Source: a virus
Lineage: Duplodnaviria; Caudoviricetes
Length of the DNA: 64,000 nt
Strand: one strand, 5' to 3'
IMG/VR virus record: IMGVR_UViG_2706796142_000001
Coordinates: 11,148 to 75,147 of that record
Shown here: positions 44,894 to 56,105 of the stretch, one piece after another
How the letters are laid out: each line of letters starts with the position of its first letter
Position numbering within the stretch: position 1 is the first letter of the stretch
Notes under the pieces: model-generated
The model's input: only the letters and a program-made list of their open reading frames with translations
Told to the model about the DNA's origin: nothing
Database searches by the model: none
Translations under genes and position numbers: made by a program

Positions 44894-47572
44894 CTAACCC
44901 TCATTCGTTAAATTAGTGCTGGTCGTTACATCGACAAAATTATAAATCAGAGTACGTGAGAGTTCAGCAACATCAGAGCCAACCATGAGTGTGCGTTGAA
45001 TGAACGATGTTGCCGTCTCATATACTACCTGAGAAGCCTCTGTAATTCTCAGTGGATCAATGACTTCAGTACCGGAACCAAATACATCAGAATATTGCTC
45101 GGCAATGGACTTCGCTTTTGCTGTGTAGTCTGCATAAAGCTCTTGGGTTTTAGCAACAGTTTCCTGTGCAGCAGCCTGCATATATCCAGCATAACCATTA
45201 CCAGCAGCAACGGTAAGCTGCATGATATTGGCAGCATTTGCCATGCCACCCAGTGCAGTTACCCCACCAGAGAAACCACCACCAGCATAGATAGTTGCTA
45301 CCACTGTACCGATCACAGCAAAGACAGCACCAATCTTTTCACCGAACAATTTGGTGCCAACCAGTTGCAGAAGTTTCAGCAGGATCATTGCTGCTAAGGC
45401 ATTCAGTATCGTACCAACGATAATCGCTGCCACCCCCGTAAGACCGACAGCCGTACCCACACCAATAGCAGTCCCCAATAGTCCAGAAGCCGTACCTGCC
45501 GTATAGAACGAGACTACGATGATCACAATGATCAGAACTATCTTGAATATGCTGGATTGATACCACTTCTGTTTCACTACCTGATAGCAGTTAAACACAA
45601 TGAACATGCAGGCTGTAGCCATCTGAGTGGAATCCACCAGAGACATAGCAGAGTAGATATCCTGCTGAATTGGGATCACGAACCCCGATTCTTCATCGTC
45701 ATTAATTGCTGACTTAGCTGAAGTCGATACCGACTTACCACCGTAGATTTTATTGTTGTGGTTCAGGCCAGTAGCCTTCATTGCTTTCCATTGGGTCTTT
45801 GATACCTGCCAGAACAGGGTAACGCTATCCACAGTAGAGGTGTTCTGTGTGAATGGTTCACTACCAGCACCGGTATAGATAACCTCATCGAACACATCAG
45901 AGACGCCCACTACGAACCAGAGATCACCCACTTTATGAGTGCTATCATACATGCCTGAACCAATGACCTCATCAAATGCTGACCAGCTAATCGTCATGTT
46001 GTAATTCATGAGACTGTTAGCCTTAATCTGAATAGCTGAAGTCGGCAATGGTGGAGAGCTGATTACTTTTGGAGGTTTAGTCCTGTTCTTACTGTCCTCG
46101 TTACGGTTCGCTTTATACCACTCTTGGTAGGCTTTCTGGCTTGCAATAGCAGCAGCCATTTGAGTCTGGTAAGCCTCATAATCAGCACCCAGATTCTTAT
46201 TGATCGCATACAGTGACTCAAAGAATTTATAGAGGTATTTCTTACAGGCATTCTCTTTAACGTTCAGTGAGACACCAAAGACGCAATAGGCATAGTCAAT
46301 GTCACCTAAATTATCGTTGGTCTTAACGATATCGATAATCTCGGTGAACTTCTTATTGGTGGCTTTCTTATATGCCTTGGTTGCCATTGGGTAATAGGCA
46401 TCAAATCTGTCATCGGTAATCATATCGTTATCGACACGAATAGGGATGAAAGGAGCGAAGTGAACTTCATGAGCCTCAGTGTTAAACATGGCATCCAGTA
46501 CAGCGTTACCAGACAGGTGACGGTAGATGAATACCTTGGTTCCATAGAAGGTGTTGTTCACCACTCGCATAGTATCAGTCCGATACTTACGGTTAATCCG
46601 TACCGACTGGTTAGTCGTTACTGTAGTTGTGGTGATTACTACTCCTTCTGGATCAGTCTCTGTATCAGTGTCGGTTACAGGGTTGCCTGTAACAACTGAC
46701 CCGGTTTGGTCTTGATACTGTGTGCTGACAATGCTGACGTATTCTTCAACGCCACCAACAGGAATAATGCCTTGATACTCAGTGTCACTGTACACCCCAT
46801 GGCTTGTTTCATAAGAGGATGAAGTCGGTATTACCACAGTATCAATTTCATCAGGACGACCATCAGAGTAGGACTTAGTGGTCTTAACAGTCTTGTTCAG
46901 AGTCACTGGAGTTGGAGTACTGGTAAACGATTCAGTCTCCCAGTCACTCACATCCGGGAAAGGTGCAGTACCCAAATCAATCACCGGGCCGGGAATGAGA
47001 GGATCAGAAGATCCTTCACCAGTCAGGGTGTATGAGCAATAGATATACTGACCATTCTTGGCAAAGTTGGACGGCACAAATGCATAAAGAGAACCGTCTT
47101 CATAGGTGATAACAATCTGTCCTGTGGCTTCATTGAAGTCAGCAATCCAGTCTGTATCAACCAATTCAGGGTGGTTTTCCAGCATGTACTGATCAGCCCA
47201 CCAAGTGTAATCACCCAGATCAATAGTGGCATTCTGGACGTTTACCGTTTGGTCAGATGAATGGGGAATCTGAGCAGCAAGGGTATTGTTGTTCAGGTCA
47301 TTACCCAGAGCCAATGAGACAGGCTGAACTCCCAACAGGTCATTGTATCCAGAAGACTCACCCCATTTAATAAAGGATCTGAGCCGGATACCCGGCCCAT
47401 TTATATAGCTACTCTGGAGAGTGTCAGACAATGACTGAGAGGGATCAGTGTCAGCAATCAGTTTACCTGTGATTGTCGTCTTCAGATAATCGGGACGGTC
47501 ATCCTCATCCCCTGCCAGATTGTAGAGGACAGAGGACACATAGGTTTTCTTCTTACTTCCAAATAATCCCAT
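44894..47572 (-). CDS. Structural protein (N4 gp53-like)
   Basis: Start MGLFGSKKKTYVSS; YQVVKQKWYQ followed by hydrophobic G/A-rich C-terminus; synteny. Confidence 0.8.
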   Translation of the reverse strand: MGLFGSKKKTYVSSVLYNLAGDEDDRPDYLKTTITGKLIADTDPSQSLSDTLQSSYINGPGIRLRSFIKWGESSGYNDLLGVQPVSLALGNDLNNNTLAAQIPHSSDQTVNVQNATIDLGDYTWWADQYMLENHPELVDTDWIADFNEATGQIVITYEDGSLYAFVPSNFAKNGQYIYCSYTLTGEGSSDPLIPGPVIDLGTAPFPDVSDWETESFTSTPTPVTLNKTVKTTKSYSDGRPDEIDTVVIPTSSSYETSHGVYSDTEYQGIIPVGGVEEYVSIVSTQYQDQTGSVVTGNPVTDTDTETDPEGVVITTTTVTTNQSVRINRKYRTDTMRVVNNTFYGTKVFIYRHLSGNAVLDAMFNTEAHEVHFAPFIPIRVDNDMITDDRFDAYYPMATKAYKKATNKKFTEIIDIVKTNDNLGDIDYAYCVFGVSLNVKENACKKYLYKFFESLYAINKNLGADYEAYQTQMAAAIASQKAYQEWYKANRNEDSKNRTKPPKVISSPPLPTSAIQIKANSLMNYNMTISWSAFDEVIGSGMYDSTHKVGDLWFVVGVSDVFDEVIYTGAGSEPFTQNTSTVDSVTLFWQVSKTQWKAMKATGLNHNNKIYGGKSVSTSAKSAINDDEESGFVIPIQQDIYSAMSLVDSTQMATACMFIVFNCYQVVKQKWYQSSIFKIVLIIVIIVVSFYTAGTASGLLGTAIGVGTAVGLTGVAAIIVGTILNALAAMILLKLLQLVGTKLFGEKIGAVFAVIGTVVATIYAGGGFSGGVTALGGMANAANIMQLTVAAGNGYAGYMQAAAQETVAKTQELYADYTAKAKSIAEQYSDVFGSGTEVIDPLRITEASQVVYETATSFIQRTLMVGSDVAELSRTLIYNFVDVTTSTNLTNEG

Positions 47573-47576
47573 CAGC

Positions 47577-48440
47577 TTAACCCAATTGGTTGTTGGTTTT
47601 GATTGTCTGAAGCACGGTGTTGATGCTGTCATTGCTGAAGTTAGTAGGTGCAGCCAATCCTTCATCAATGGTCTTCATCGTGATCCACGCATTGGTGAAC
47701 AGGGTAGCCGACTTAACTTCTGCATCACGCTCATAGGAGACGATCTGCTGTTGGTACAGGGCTTTCTGTTTACCCACTGAACCAGCAACAACAGAGCCGT
47801 CAGTACGAGTATCCAAGGTCTGAGCACGCTGGGCTTCTTTCTGCTCAAGTACCATCTGGTTCTGGGAACCAAGTAAGGTATTCTGCAAGCCAGCCGCAGC
47901 AAGCTGGAGAGGAGCCATACGGTCAAGGTTATAGACAGCCTGTCCATATGCCACAGACTCGGTAGCGATCTTCGCCTTAGTCAGTGCATAGGTTGCCTGC
48001 TGGGTCAGAGCTTCCATCTTCACAGCAGTGAGCTGAACTTTGGCAGTAACCAACTGAACCTTCGCAGTAACGGCACCAATCTGAGCTTGTACAGCAGCCC
48101 AATAAGCCTGATCTCGACCCAAGAGGAACTGGGTTGCATTGGACATTGCACCTGCTACCAGAGCCGTATAGGTCTTACTGTACTCAGCACCAGTGATACG
48201 GTTCTTCTCATACTCTTGTTGAAGCTGCACTTTGAAAGCATTCATCAACGAGGTGAAGGTAGTAACCAGATCAGCATCATCGATTTTATCGACGGGCTTA
48301 TACAGCTCAGAGTCATCACCACCGGGAATTTCATATTCCGGGCCAGAGATATCAACGTCTGGGAAGGTGAAATCGACACCATCCATCAGTGCATCAAAGA
48401 CCGGATTCGCTTCTAATTCTAAGCCGTGGGTAGTTGCCAT
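47577..48440 (-). CDS. Structural protein (N4 gp54-like)
   Basis: EYEKNRITGAEYSK, GSVGKQKALY...YERDAEVK; synteny. Confidence 0.8.
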   Translation of the reverse strand: MATTHGLELEANPVFDALMDGVDFTFPDVDISGPEYEIPGGDDSELYKPVDKIDDADLVTTFTSLMNAFKVQLQQEYEKNRITGAEYSKTYTALVAGAMSNATQFLLGRDQAYWAAVQAQIGAVTAKVQLVTAKVQLTAVKMEALTQQATYALTKAKIATESVAYGQAVYNLDRMAPLQLAAAGLQNTLLGSQNQMVLEQKEAQRAQTLDTRTDGSVVAGSVGKQKALYQQQIVSYERDAEVKSATLFTNAWITMKTIDEGLAAPTNFSNDSINTVLQTIKTNNQLG

Positions 48441-48457
48441 CGGTATAACCCTCAAAT

Positions 48458-48482
48458 AAAAATGGCCCAATTAAGGGCCATT
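48458..48482 (-). terminator. Rho-independent terminator
   Basis: AATGGCCC/GGGCCATT stem with T tract on the minus strand. Confidence 0.7.
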
Positions 48483-48498
48483 GTTTTGTTTCTCAACG

Positions 48499-49095
48499 TT
48501 AGTCAATGCTACCAGCAGCAATCTGTGCAGTCTTCAGATCAGCAATCTGTGCAACAGTCAGTGGGGGCAGAACAGCAATTGAGAACTCTTTTAGCCAGTT
48601 CGATTCTATACGAGGAACACCGGTACGGCGATCTTTAACGCTACGGATGTTCAGGAACTTACGAGCTTCGAGAGCACGGTAGATACAGTACGGTACGTGG
48701 AAACCTTCATCGGTGGCTTCACCATACGGTACGAATTTCTTCACAGTACCCAGATGTTCGTTGGCTACAGTGAAAATCTCACCCGGCAGGTTCGCTTTCT
48801 TTGGATCCATGCAGGTGATACGAATTCGGATCAGCTTCATCTGTTCGTCATGTAATTTCTGACGCAGAGTACGCTTCTTGGTGACAGGCTTCTCACCCAT
48901 AGCAAGAGGGTTCACCTGTGGTTCAACTGCTTCAGCCGGAGCCAGCTTCTCGTTGATACGATTACGCAGAGTGTCCAGACCGATACTGTTACTGAATTCA
49001 ATACCCATTGCTTTGGCACGGGATTTCAGTACAGACATTTCATCAACGGTGTTTTCTTCAGCCCCGTTAGCTTGGCTTTCATCAAGGGTGCTCAT
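48499..49095 (-). CDS. Conserved protein downstream of major capsid (N4 gp55-like)
   Basis: LKSRAKAMGIEFSNSIGLDTLR, RIRITCMDP, KFVPYGE. Confidence 0.8.
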   Translation of the reverse strand: MSTLDESQANGAEENTVDEMSVLKSRAKAMGIEFSNSIGLDTLRNRINEKLAPAEAVEPQVNPLAMGEKPVTKKRTLRQKLHDEQMKLIRIRITCMDPKKANLPGEIFTVANEHLGTVKKFVPYGEATDEGFHVPYCIYRALEARKFLNIRSVKDRRTGVPRIESNWLKEFSIAVLPPLTVAQIADLKTAQIAAGSID

Positions 49096-49127
49096 ATAAG
49101 CGTGTCCTGTTTTCTTGGTTCAATTGA

Positions 49128-49155
49128 GAGAAGTAGGGGAGGATTTCTCCTCCCC
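49128..49155 (-). terminator. Hairpin after major capsid gene
   Basis: GGGGAGGA/TCCTCCCC stem, weak T tract. Confidence 0.55.
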
Positions 49156-49162
49156 ATATTAC

Positions 49163-50392
49163 TTAGATTGGAGCAACGGTTTTGATCAGGCCAAGACGTT
49201 CTGCACGCTTAACCAGAATACCGTAGTACCACTTGATGGAGCTGAAACCAGTCTCACCGTATGGATCGTTACGGTCAGCAGTTTCTTTACCCGGCATCTT
49301 GGTCATGATGGTGAAGTTCACAGTCTTACCGTTGGTCTGGAAACCAATGGTAGAGAATGCGTCATCACCAACAACCAGCATTGGATACACGTCATAGTGC
49401 TCAGTGCCGTTAACCATAGATGTACGGAAGCCCGGATTCTCATCCACGGCTGCACCAGCACCTGCCCAATGCAGCATCTCTGGAACCTGAATGATACGGA
49501 ACTTATCGATAGAACCGATTTCGCCGTGCATCAGAGTACCAGCATCAGCGTAGTGCTGAACTTCGATGAATGCCTTGTTACCGAACAGGTCTTTCATGCC
49601 TTTCAGCAGTGGAACCAGTTCAGAACCAACGAACATCACACGGGTAGCACCGACAACACGAGTGTCAGTACGCAGAGAACCAGTGATGATAGTGGTGGAG
49701 GTTGGTGTACGCAGGTCAGTCAGAGTCTGATCCAGACGCATCAGGTTGGCGTAGCTGATAATAGAAGCTGGGATTTCTGGATCTGCACCAGCAGCAGCAG
49801 TAACTTCACCAGTGATTTCATCATCGGCAGTTGCAGCACCTGCATACAGAACAGTACCAGCAGCAGCCAGCAGGTCTTTTTGCAGAACAGCTTCGGTCAT
49901 CTGTACAGCACCGTTCATCAGCTCGGTAGACAGGTGATCCATCAGGCCATCATCAGAGTCGAAGTCCATAGACTCTTGAGTGAACTCATGGAAGAAACCG
50001 AACTTGTGAATTGAGCCTTCACGTTCCAGACGGGTGAAGCCAACACGGTTAACACGACCACCATTTTCGGTCAGCAGTGGCAGCTTGTTGGTGATAGTAC
50101 CAATGTCTTTACTGGAGCCATACAGGTTCCCATTAGCAATGGTCACACCAGAAGCATCGATGCCCTGATCGTTAATGTTACGGTCGTCCAGCAGTGGTAC
50201 GTATTCGTACACTTTGATGGTTTTACCGTAGTTCTTCGGCATGTTCGTGACGTTAGCCAGTGGCATGAAGAACTGTTCTTTACGGGAAGTGATGATCGCT
50301 TTCTTCAACCAGAAGAAGGTATTCATCTGGTCTGAACCGTCACCATCAATGGTAGACTTCTGACCGTCAATAGGGGCGTTGTAGTTTAACAT
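49163..50392 (-). CDS. Major capsid protein (N4 gp56-like)
   Basis: [45 protein letters not shown]. Confidence 0.95.
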   Translation of the reverse strand: MLNYNAPIDGQKSTIDGDGSDQMNTFFWLKKAIITSRKEQFFMPLANVTNMPKNYGKTIKVYEYVPLLDDRNINDQGIDASGVTIANGNLYGSSKDIGTITNKLPLLTENGGRVNRVGFTRLEREGSIHKFGFFHEFTQESMDFDSDDGLMDHLSTELMNGAVQMTEAVLQKDLLAAAGTVLYAGAATADDEITGEVTAAAGADPEIPASIISYANLMRLDQTLTDLRTPTSTTIITGSLRTDTRVVGATRVMFVGSELVPLLKGMKDLFGNKAFIEVQHYADAGTLMHGEIGSIDKFRIIQVPEMLHWAGAGAAVDENPGFRTSMVNGTEHYDVYPMLVVGDDAFSTIGFQTNGKTVNFTIMTKMPGKETADRNDPYGETGFSSIKWYYGILVKRAERLGLIKTVAPI

Positions 50393-50404
50393 TTACTGTT
50401 TTCC

Positions 50405-51640
50405 TTAATGGCGATTTTTGAACTGCTTCATGAATTCGTCATCACTCATGGCGAGTGGATTAACTGACTTACCAACCTGTTTAGTAGTGGTGCTACGTGT
50501 CGCAGCAGCAGCAGCTACTTTTGGGTCGTCCACAACATCGCTTTTAGGTTTCGCAGCTTTAGTCGCCAATGGTTGAGCCGGAGCAGTAGTGGTTGCTTTC
50601 GGTGCAGCCTTTGGAGCCAAGTCAGCAAATTTACCCTGCGAGTCCATGAACTGGCCCACTTGCTGATATGCCGACAAGAACGGTGCATTTGCTGGAATCT
50701 GCCCAAGAGTTTTAAGACGGTCAACCTCGGCACTGATACGGTCATAAATACCGTTCTCACGCTGGGCATGTACTACGTCCATTACCTCTGGGTTATTCCA
50801 CAGCATCTCCTTACTCGCCTGATCCCAAGAGTTAGTAATCAGGTTGATAGTCTCTTTCCCCTCTGGGTTAGACACAAGGTCGTCCAGATGGCTACGGAAA
50901 GTGGCTTCCTGATCAGTAACCTTGTGATTGCCACCAAGGTAATTAACCGGTTCTGCTGGGTCGAGATCCATAGGATCCATACCAGATTCTTTAATGAGCT
51001 TCTTAATAGCGTCCGGGTTTTTCTTATCCAGATCGACCAGATATGAAAGTTTGCCCTCGTCCAGAAGACCATTATTTTCGAGCATGATGAGAACTTTGCG
51101 GTGTGGTGCAATGTCCTGCATCTTACGAGTGTAGTTAGCTCCCATCTTCATCAGGGCAATGGCTTCTTCAGGTGACTGAAGCTGAACCGTTTTGCCGTTG
51201 GCTTTGAATGGACGCATCACCTCATCGTGAAACGATTTATAGTCGAGAGCAGGTTTCTCCGTCTCAGGTTTAGGCTTCTCGTCAGTAGACGGTTCCTTAT
51301 CACCCTTCTCGGCTTTCGCCTTATCTGCTTCCGTCGAACCAGTAGGAGATGAGCTTAGAGATTTCTCAGGAGTATTAGTGCCTTTTTCGACATTATTATC
51401 TTCAGAGTTATTATCGCTATTTTCTTCAACATTACCAGTAGGAACTTCAACTTCAGGTTCTACTTTAGCTGGTTCAGTTGGCTCATTCTCAACTTTAGGT
51501 TCTTCAGCAACAGGAGTCTCTACAACTGGAGCAGCTTCTTTCTTAGCTGGAGGTGCAGAGAGTTTCATGAAATCTTCGTCGGACATACTAAAGATGTCCG
51601 ACTGATCTTCAATTTCTTGGTTCTCAGTCGGATTAGCCAT
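50405..51640 (-). CDS. Scaffold/tape-measure-like protein (N4 gp57-like)
   Basis: Acidic N-terminal half, PFKANGK, LMKMGANYTRKMQ, NPLAMSDDEF; upstream of capsid. Confidence 0.8.
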   Translation of the reverse strand: MANPTENQEIEDQSDIFSMSDEDFMKLSAPPAKKEAAPVVETPVAEEPKVENEPTEPAKVEPEVEVPTGNVEENSDNNSEDNNVEKGTNTPEKSLSSSPTGSTEADKAKAEKGDKEPSTDEKPKPETEKPALDYKSFHDEVMRPFKANGKTVQLQSPEEAIALMKMGANYTRKMQDIAPHRKVLIMLENNGLLDEGKLSYLVDLDKKNPDAIKKLIKESGMDPMDLDPAEPVNYLGGNHKVTDQEATFRSHLDDLVSNPEGKETINLITNSWDQASKEMLWNNPEVMDVVHAQRENGIYDRISAEVDRLKTLGQIPANAPFLSAYQQVGQFMDSQGKFADLAPKAAPKATTTAPAQPLATKAAKPKSDVVDDPKVAAAAATRSTTTKQVGKSVNPLAMSDDEFMKQFKNRH

Positions 51641-51975
51641 TAGATATTATCCTCTTCTGCACGAGCCATATCGATAGCTGCTTCGATATTCACAATGTCG
51701 CGTTCATGGACATTACCTTGGGTAATGCAGATTTCCATGAATCGACGAAGATGGCCTGCTGCCTGAGCCATTGCCAGAGAACTCTCACGAGCTTCAACTG
51801 ACATATCAAAATCAGCAGAGAGCTGGGCATATTTAGCACACTCAGTTACGCAGAACTGCTCCATAATTAACTTACGGAAGTCAGGGTTCTTCGACAGTTT
51901 GAGTGCTAAATCACGCCGAGCGACGAGTTGTTTAGCATTTTCCAATTGCTGTTCGAGTGCAAAAACTTGCGACAT
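51640..51975 (-). CDS. Conserved protein (N4 gp58-like)
   Basis: LALKLSKNPDFRKLIME; synteny between portal and gp57. Confidence 0.8.
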   Translation of the reverse strand: MSQVFALEQQLENAKQLVARRDLALKLSKNPDFRKLIMEQFCVTECAKYAQLSADFDMSVEARESSLAMAQAAGHLRRFMEICITQGNVHERDIVNIEAAIDMARAEEDNI

Positions 51976-51984
51976 TGTGAATCC

Positions 51985-54294
51985 TTAAATATTTATTGCC
52001 GGGTTAAGTGCCGGATCCTGTGCTGGGTCAAAGTACTGAGATCCCAGAGAAAGCTGAGGATTACGGCCTGCTTGTTGGTCACGGGAGATGGTAGTCGGAA
52101 CAGCATTACCTTGTCCAGCGTTATCCAACTTATCACTAAGTTGGTTGTAGCCGATGGCTGCTGGAATATCAGGTTTAGATTCCCCACCATTAGCTTGCTT
52201 CGTTGGTTTGAGCAATGCCTTGGTGACTTCCAGATCCTGATTACCTTGTGCCTGTCCTTTCTGTTTCTCCATATCTCGTGCGTGTTTGGTTCCTGTTTCC
52301 TGCTCAACAAAGTTGAGGTTAGCCAGATCTTTATTGGCTGCGGATTCTGCTGCCTTGGCCTGATTAAGTTCAATCTCAGATTGTGTTTTCTGGTTCTCAA
52401 GCTGCTGTGCTTGTAATTCCAGTTGCTTCATCTGTTCTGCCATTGGATCAGGCTGAGGTTTCCATGTGGCTAATTTATGAGCCAACTCAGGCATACGTTT
52501 TAATTCAGCAATCTCAGACAGAATCATCATGCTAATTGCCGGATCCATACCGGGGCCAATAGTTTGCAGCATGAAGCCCAGATCTTTAGCTTTCTGGTCA
52601 TCGACTTCAGCAGTGGCAATATCCACTTCTAAATCGAAATTACCCTTCAGATCTTCACGATTTACGGTAATAAACGTGCTATTTGTGACCCGTACCACCT
52701 CTTTTTCAGAGAGGAATACGGCATTCATAGCGATGATTTTATTCCCGATATCGGTCATACCCTTGGCTAAACGGCGTAAAATAGCCATTTCACGCTTACT
52801 TGCAGCGTCCAAAGTGCCACGAATACCAGCAGCCACATCACCATAAGCATTACCAGAGATGCCACCAGCAAATGACTTAACACCTGTCAGTGCTTCTGCT
52901 TCTTGGTTCTGCAATGTGAGCATGGTAATAGCAGACTGAGGAATCTCAGGGTACTTGTGCTCAACAACCTGCTGCTGTGGGTTCTGGTTAGGGTTATATT
53001 CGTAATCCTCACCATCTTCATAACGACGTTTGTTTAGAGCATCCAGCATTCCCTTAGCAAAACCACGCTGACTATTGGCTGAACGGCCTAACAGGTCAAT
53101 CATGCCTCGTGAAGTAGCACCGAGGATTGCTTGGTTATCACCGAGAAGTTCTGCATCTGGCTGACCATACAAGTCACGTTTAACTGGCAGATATGGAACC
53201 AGTACAAAGGGAAGTTTCTCATCCGGGAATGGGTTCTCTTCCATTCGGATCATCGTGCTGCCGATCCAAGTAGCAACGATTGGAACCAGAGTACCTGTAC
53301 CGTGAATATCGTAGAAACCCCAGTATTCATAGGCCACTACTTTTCGACGCATCTCATCGTTAAATTCAAACGTCTGAGGTGTGTTAGTGGCGTGATCCGG
53401 GTTGGTGGTTGGGCCATTGCCTTTCCAGTCCACAATATCCAGATTCTTATAACGGCCTTCTTTCTTCAGATCTGCATGGTTAGTCTCAAACGAGATAATC
53501 ACAAACAGGGCTTTATCCAGATCACCATTACAGGAAGGGTCAATAAAGACGTTCTCTGGGTTCATCATCTCTACAGTAGGACGGTTCTCCAGTACCTTCT
53601 GTACAGTTGTGATTTCGGTTCCAGTCTGCTGTGCAATGACAGGAGTACCTTCTTCCTCATAGAATTCGATAGCAGCCTGTACATCAGGTGGCACACTTTC
53701 TTCATACATGCGTGGGTTGTCTTGCTTCAGCTCCATGGCCTGCTGCAAGATCTGCATGTGTTGTTCATCCTGAAGTGGGTAATACGACCACACAGGAACT
53801 TCCTGTTGAATAGGAACAGTGACACGCTTCCAACCCAGACGGACAATACCAGTACCCTCATCCACAACTGAACGAACATAGTTATCGATGAAGTTGATCC
53901 GGTTCAGTTTGGTTCGGAATTGCCAGTTAAGCAGCAATTCATTTTGACGAGCAGCATCTGCATCTTCAAAAGTAACCGGACTGATGTTGAACAGCTTGTT
54001 TGAACCAAGGAAGGGTTCGGTCAGAGCTGAGTAACGCCATTCTGCCTGACGACGAATCAGCTTAGGCTGAACACTGGAACGACCTTTCACCTTTTTAGGC
54101 TTGGCCTTACCAGTCACATTCATCAGGTCATTCCACTCATTGATCTTACCGATCTGAGCATCGTGAGCTGGCTTGGCTTGGTCATAGTCGCCCTTCAATT
54201 GACGCATGGAAGGTTCGTTTTCCCACTCCGTCAACTTCTGAGCAATGTCCTCACTGGTACGTGGGATAATTTTATTATCGTCCATCTGGTTCAT
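51985..54294 (-). CDS. Portal protein (N4 gp59-like)
   Basis: [38 protein letters not shown]. Confidence 0.93.
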   Translation of the reverse strand: MNQMDDNKIIPRTSEDIAQKLTEWENEPSMRQLKGDYDQAKPAHDAQIGKINEWNDLMNVTGKAKPKKVKGRSSVQPKLIRRQAEWRYSALTEPFLGSNKLFNISPVTFEDADAARQNELLLNWQFRTKLNRINFIDNYVRSVVDEGTGIVRLGWKRVTVPIQQEVPVWSYYPLQDEQHMQILQQAMELKQDNPRMYEESVPPDVQAAIEFYEEEGTPVIAQQTGTEITTVQKVLENRPTVEMMNPENVFIDPSCNGDLDKALFVIISFETNHADLKKEGRYKNLDIVDWKGNGPTTNPDHATNTPQTFEFNDEMRRKVVAYEYWGFYDIHGTGTLVPIVATWIGSTMIRMEENPFPDEKLPFVLVPYLPVKRDLYGQPDAELLGDNQAILGATSRGMIDLLGRSANSQRGFAKGMLDALNKRRYEDGEDYEYNPNQNPQQQVVEHKYPEIPQSAITMLTLQNQEAEALTGVKSFAGGISGNAYGDVAAGIRGTLDAASKREMAILRRLAKGMTDIGNKIIAMNAVFLSEKEVVRVTNSTFITVNREDLKGNFDLEVDIATAEVDDQKAKDLGFMLQTIGPGMDPAISMMILSEIAELKRMPELAHKLATWKPQPDPMAEQMKQLELQAQQLENQKTQSEIELNQAKAAESAANKDLANLNFVEQETGTKHARDMEKQKGQAQGNQDLEVTKALLKPTKQANGGESKPDIPAAIGYNQLSDKLDNAGQGNAVPTTISRDQQAGRNPQLSLGSQYFDPAQDPALNPAINI

Positions 54295-54811
54295 CCAAAG
54301 TTAGGAGTTGTCTGTCAGCCAGTAATTTAGCACTTACTGCCCTGAGTTGCTCGTCACGGAATCTAAGAGTTTCCCTGAGTTCACGTACCAGAGATCTGCC
54401 CTGTTCAAGAGATCTGTCGAGTTCGGCTGCATGGCTTGCGAGAGCTGAACACTGAGCGGATCCAGATGAGGCTTGACGTTTATAAATTGCTGCTCTGGCT
54501 TCTGATTGCTGCAACCTGCCAGATAAATCGTACTTAGCAGCATCAAGCTCACTCTGGTGAGATACGTTTTGTGCAGCAAGTTCATCTGTAAGCCTCTGTG
54601 TTGTTGCCCTATTACTGGCCTCAGCTACGGCATAACTGTCTTTGGTAGCCTGTATTGCTAAGGCATATAGCTTTTGCTGCCGATCCCAGTCAGTCTGCAC
54701 AGCATTCCTGCCGTGAGAGTTACCTGCCGACCAGATCCAGTAAAGGAAGCCGAGCAGCAAGGCAACAATCAGACCAATGACTACGTATCGCAGTACATTG
54801 GATAAAGGCAT
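54275..54811 (-). CDS. Rz-like inner-membrane spanin
   Basis: N-terminal TM helix then coiled coil; downstream of endolysin. Confidence 0.8.
   Translation of the reverse strand: MPLSNVLRYVVIGLIVALLLGFLYWIWSAGNSHGRNAVQTDWDRQQKLYALAIQATKDSYAVAEASNRATTQRLTDELAAQNVSHQSELDAAKYDLSGRLQQSEARAAIYKRQASSGSAQCSALASHAAELDRSLEQGRSLVRELRETLRFRDEQLRAVSAKLLADRQLLTLDEPDGR
54334..54585 (-). CDS. Rz1-like outer-membrane spanin embedded in Rz
   Basis: Different frame inside Rz; lipobox LAG-C; Pro-rich mature part; start may be the ATG of MLLSTIY. Confidence 0.7.
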   Translation of the reverse strand: MNLLHKTYLTRVSLMLLSTIYLAGCSNQKPEQQFINVKPHLDPLSVQLSQAMQPNSTDLLNRADLWYVNSGKLLDSVTSNSGQ

Positions 54812-55414
54812 TTACTTTTCCTGTTGGCAATTAGAATAGGGAACATTACCGATACGGTTATCAATCCAGCCCACAGTGTACTGAGACAAATTCGTCAGTG
54901 ACATGTAGTAGCTCAGTTGCTGACCGTCCAAGGATTTAAGCATAAGCTCACAGGCTTTTACTTTACCCCTCAGTTTTTGCAGAGATTTGTAGGCTGCTAT
55001 GGTTCCTGATCCAACTTTACCATCAACATTAATTTGAGGGTAGTCCTTGCCTCCACGAGACAGGGAATTTAGCCCAGTCTGGAACCAACGAGAAGGGCGA
55101 GCAGTTCCGGTATTTACTCCGGCATCCACCAGCTTCCAAGTGACATTGGGGGATACATCAATCATCGGAACAAAGCCCGGTTTCTCAATGTAATCCTTGT
55201 AATAAATAGAACCTGCCATTTCTGTGGTCAGGTCTTTCATGGCTCCAGTATAGCCATTCTGTTTAGCAACCTGCTTAGTGATACCGTGGTTAGTTTCGCC
55301 ACCGGGGTCTTTGGGATCATTGACGTATCCCCCCTCAACAGCAAAAACCGCTGCAATAATTGCAGCGGCTACACCACCAATACCACCAACAGCTTTTTTA
55401 TTTACTGCTGGCAT
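54812..55414 (-). CDS. SAR endolysin, GH108 N-acetylmuramidase (N4 gp61-like)
   Basis: G/A-rich SAR helix; EGGYVNDPKDPGGETNHGIT; PG-binding C-terminus GWIDNRI. Confidence 0.93.
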   Translation of the reverse strand: MPAVNKKAVGGIGGVAAAIIAAVFAVEGGYVNDPKDPGGETNHGITKQVAKQNGYTGAMKDLTTEMAGSIYYKDYIEKPGFVPMIDVSPNVTWKLVDAGVNTGTARPSRWFQTGLNSLSRGGKDYPQINVDGKVGSGTIAAYKSLQKLRGKVKACELMLKSLDGQQLSYYMSLTNLSQYTVGWIDNRIGNVPYSNCQQEK

Positions 55415-55418
55415 TGGC

Positions 55419-55649
55419 TTATTCCTTATCAGGTTTCACCCAGTTAATAACGCGAGCAATGGCTACGCAAATGAACAGCACAAGGCTGACTACTGAGGCA
55501 TTTGGGAGTTTTTGCTGAATGTCATACGGAAGAGAGAACCAAGTAGAATTCAAAACTTCTAAAACAGAGAAAAGAATACCTGCCAGAGTCCACCATAAGG
55601 AACCAAACTTGTGTGCTCTACGCCAGTTATCGATCACTTTGATAGCCAT
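55419..55649 (-). CDS. Holin-like membrane protein
   Basis: MAIKVIDNWRRAHKFGSLW; two TM helices; lysis cassette position. Confidence 0.7.
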   Translation of the reverse strand: MAIKVIDNWRRAHKFGSLWWTLAGILFSVLEVLNSTWFSLPYDIQQKLPNASVVSLVLFICVAIARVINWVKPDKE

Positions 55650-55969
55650 CGAATGATCTCCATACGCATCGTGAAGATGATGCCTAATAGCCCACCCACA
55701 AATACCCATACCCATTTACCCATCATCCCAGCACCGACTACACGGTGTTTAATAGTGATGAATTCCTCAATGGTAGGGGCATTTCTTGCCAGACTTTCCT
55801 CGATGGACTTAACACGGTTATCCATTGCGTTCATGGTCGTATTAAGGGATTCGGCTCGCTCATATTGTTGCTTACGAGACTCCCGATCCTGAATTAGTCC
55901 TTCAGAGATGATACGAAGGCGTTCTTCCAATCGTGCCATTTGAACTTGAATTTCCACATTATCCGACAT
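55634..55969 (-). CDS. Lysis-cassette membrane protein (N4 gp63-like holin/antiholin)
   Basis: Coiled coil plus C-terminal TM GKWVWVFVGGLLGIIF. Confidence 0.7.
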   Translation of the reverse strand: MSDNVEIQVQMARLEERLRIISEGLIQDRESRKQQYERAESLNTTMNAMDNRVKSIEESLARNAPTIEEFITIKHRVVGAGMMGKWVWVFVGGLLGIIFTMRMEIIRWLSK

Positions 55970-55996
55970 GGCTCAAATCACCCTGTTAATAGAACC

Positions 55997-56026
55997 AAAA
56001 AAAGAGGGATCATTGTCTGATCCCTC
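55997..56026 (-). terminator. Rho-independent terminator
   Basis: GAGGGATCA-GACAA-TGATCCCTC plus T7 on the minus strand. Confidence 0.8.
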
Positions 56027-56105
56027 CTGTTAGCGCAACGTTCAGAACGTTCTTAGTTTAAGTCAGTATCTAACCTATTAAAAGGTGAAATACTGCCATT
56101 TTATA

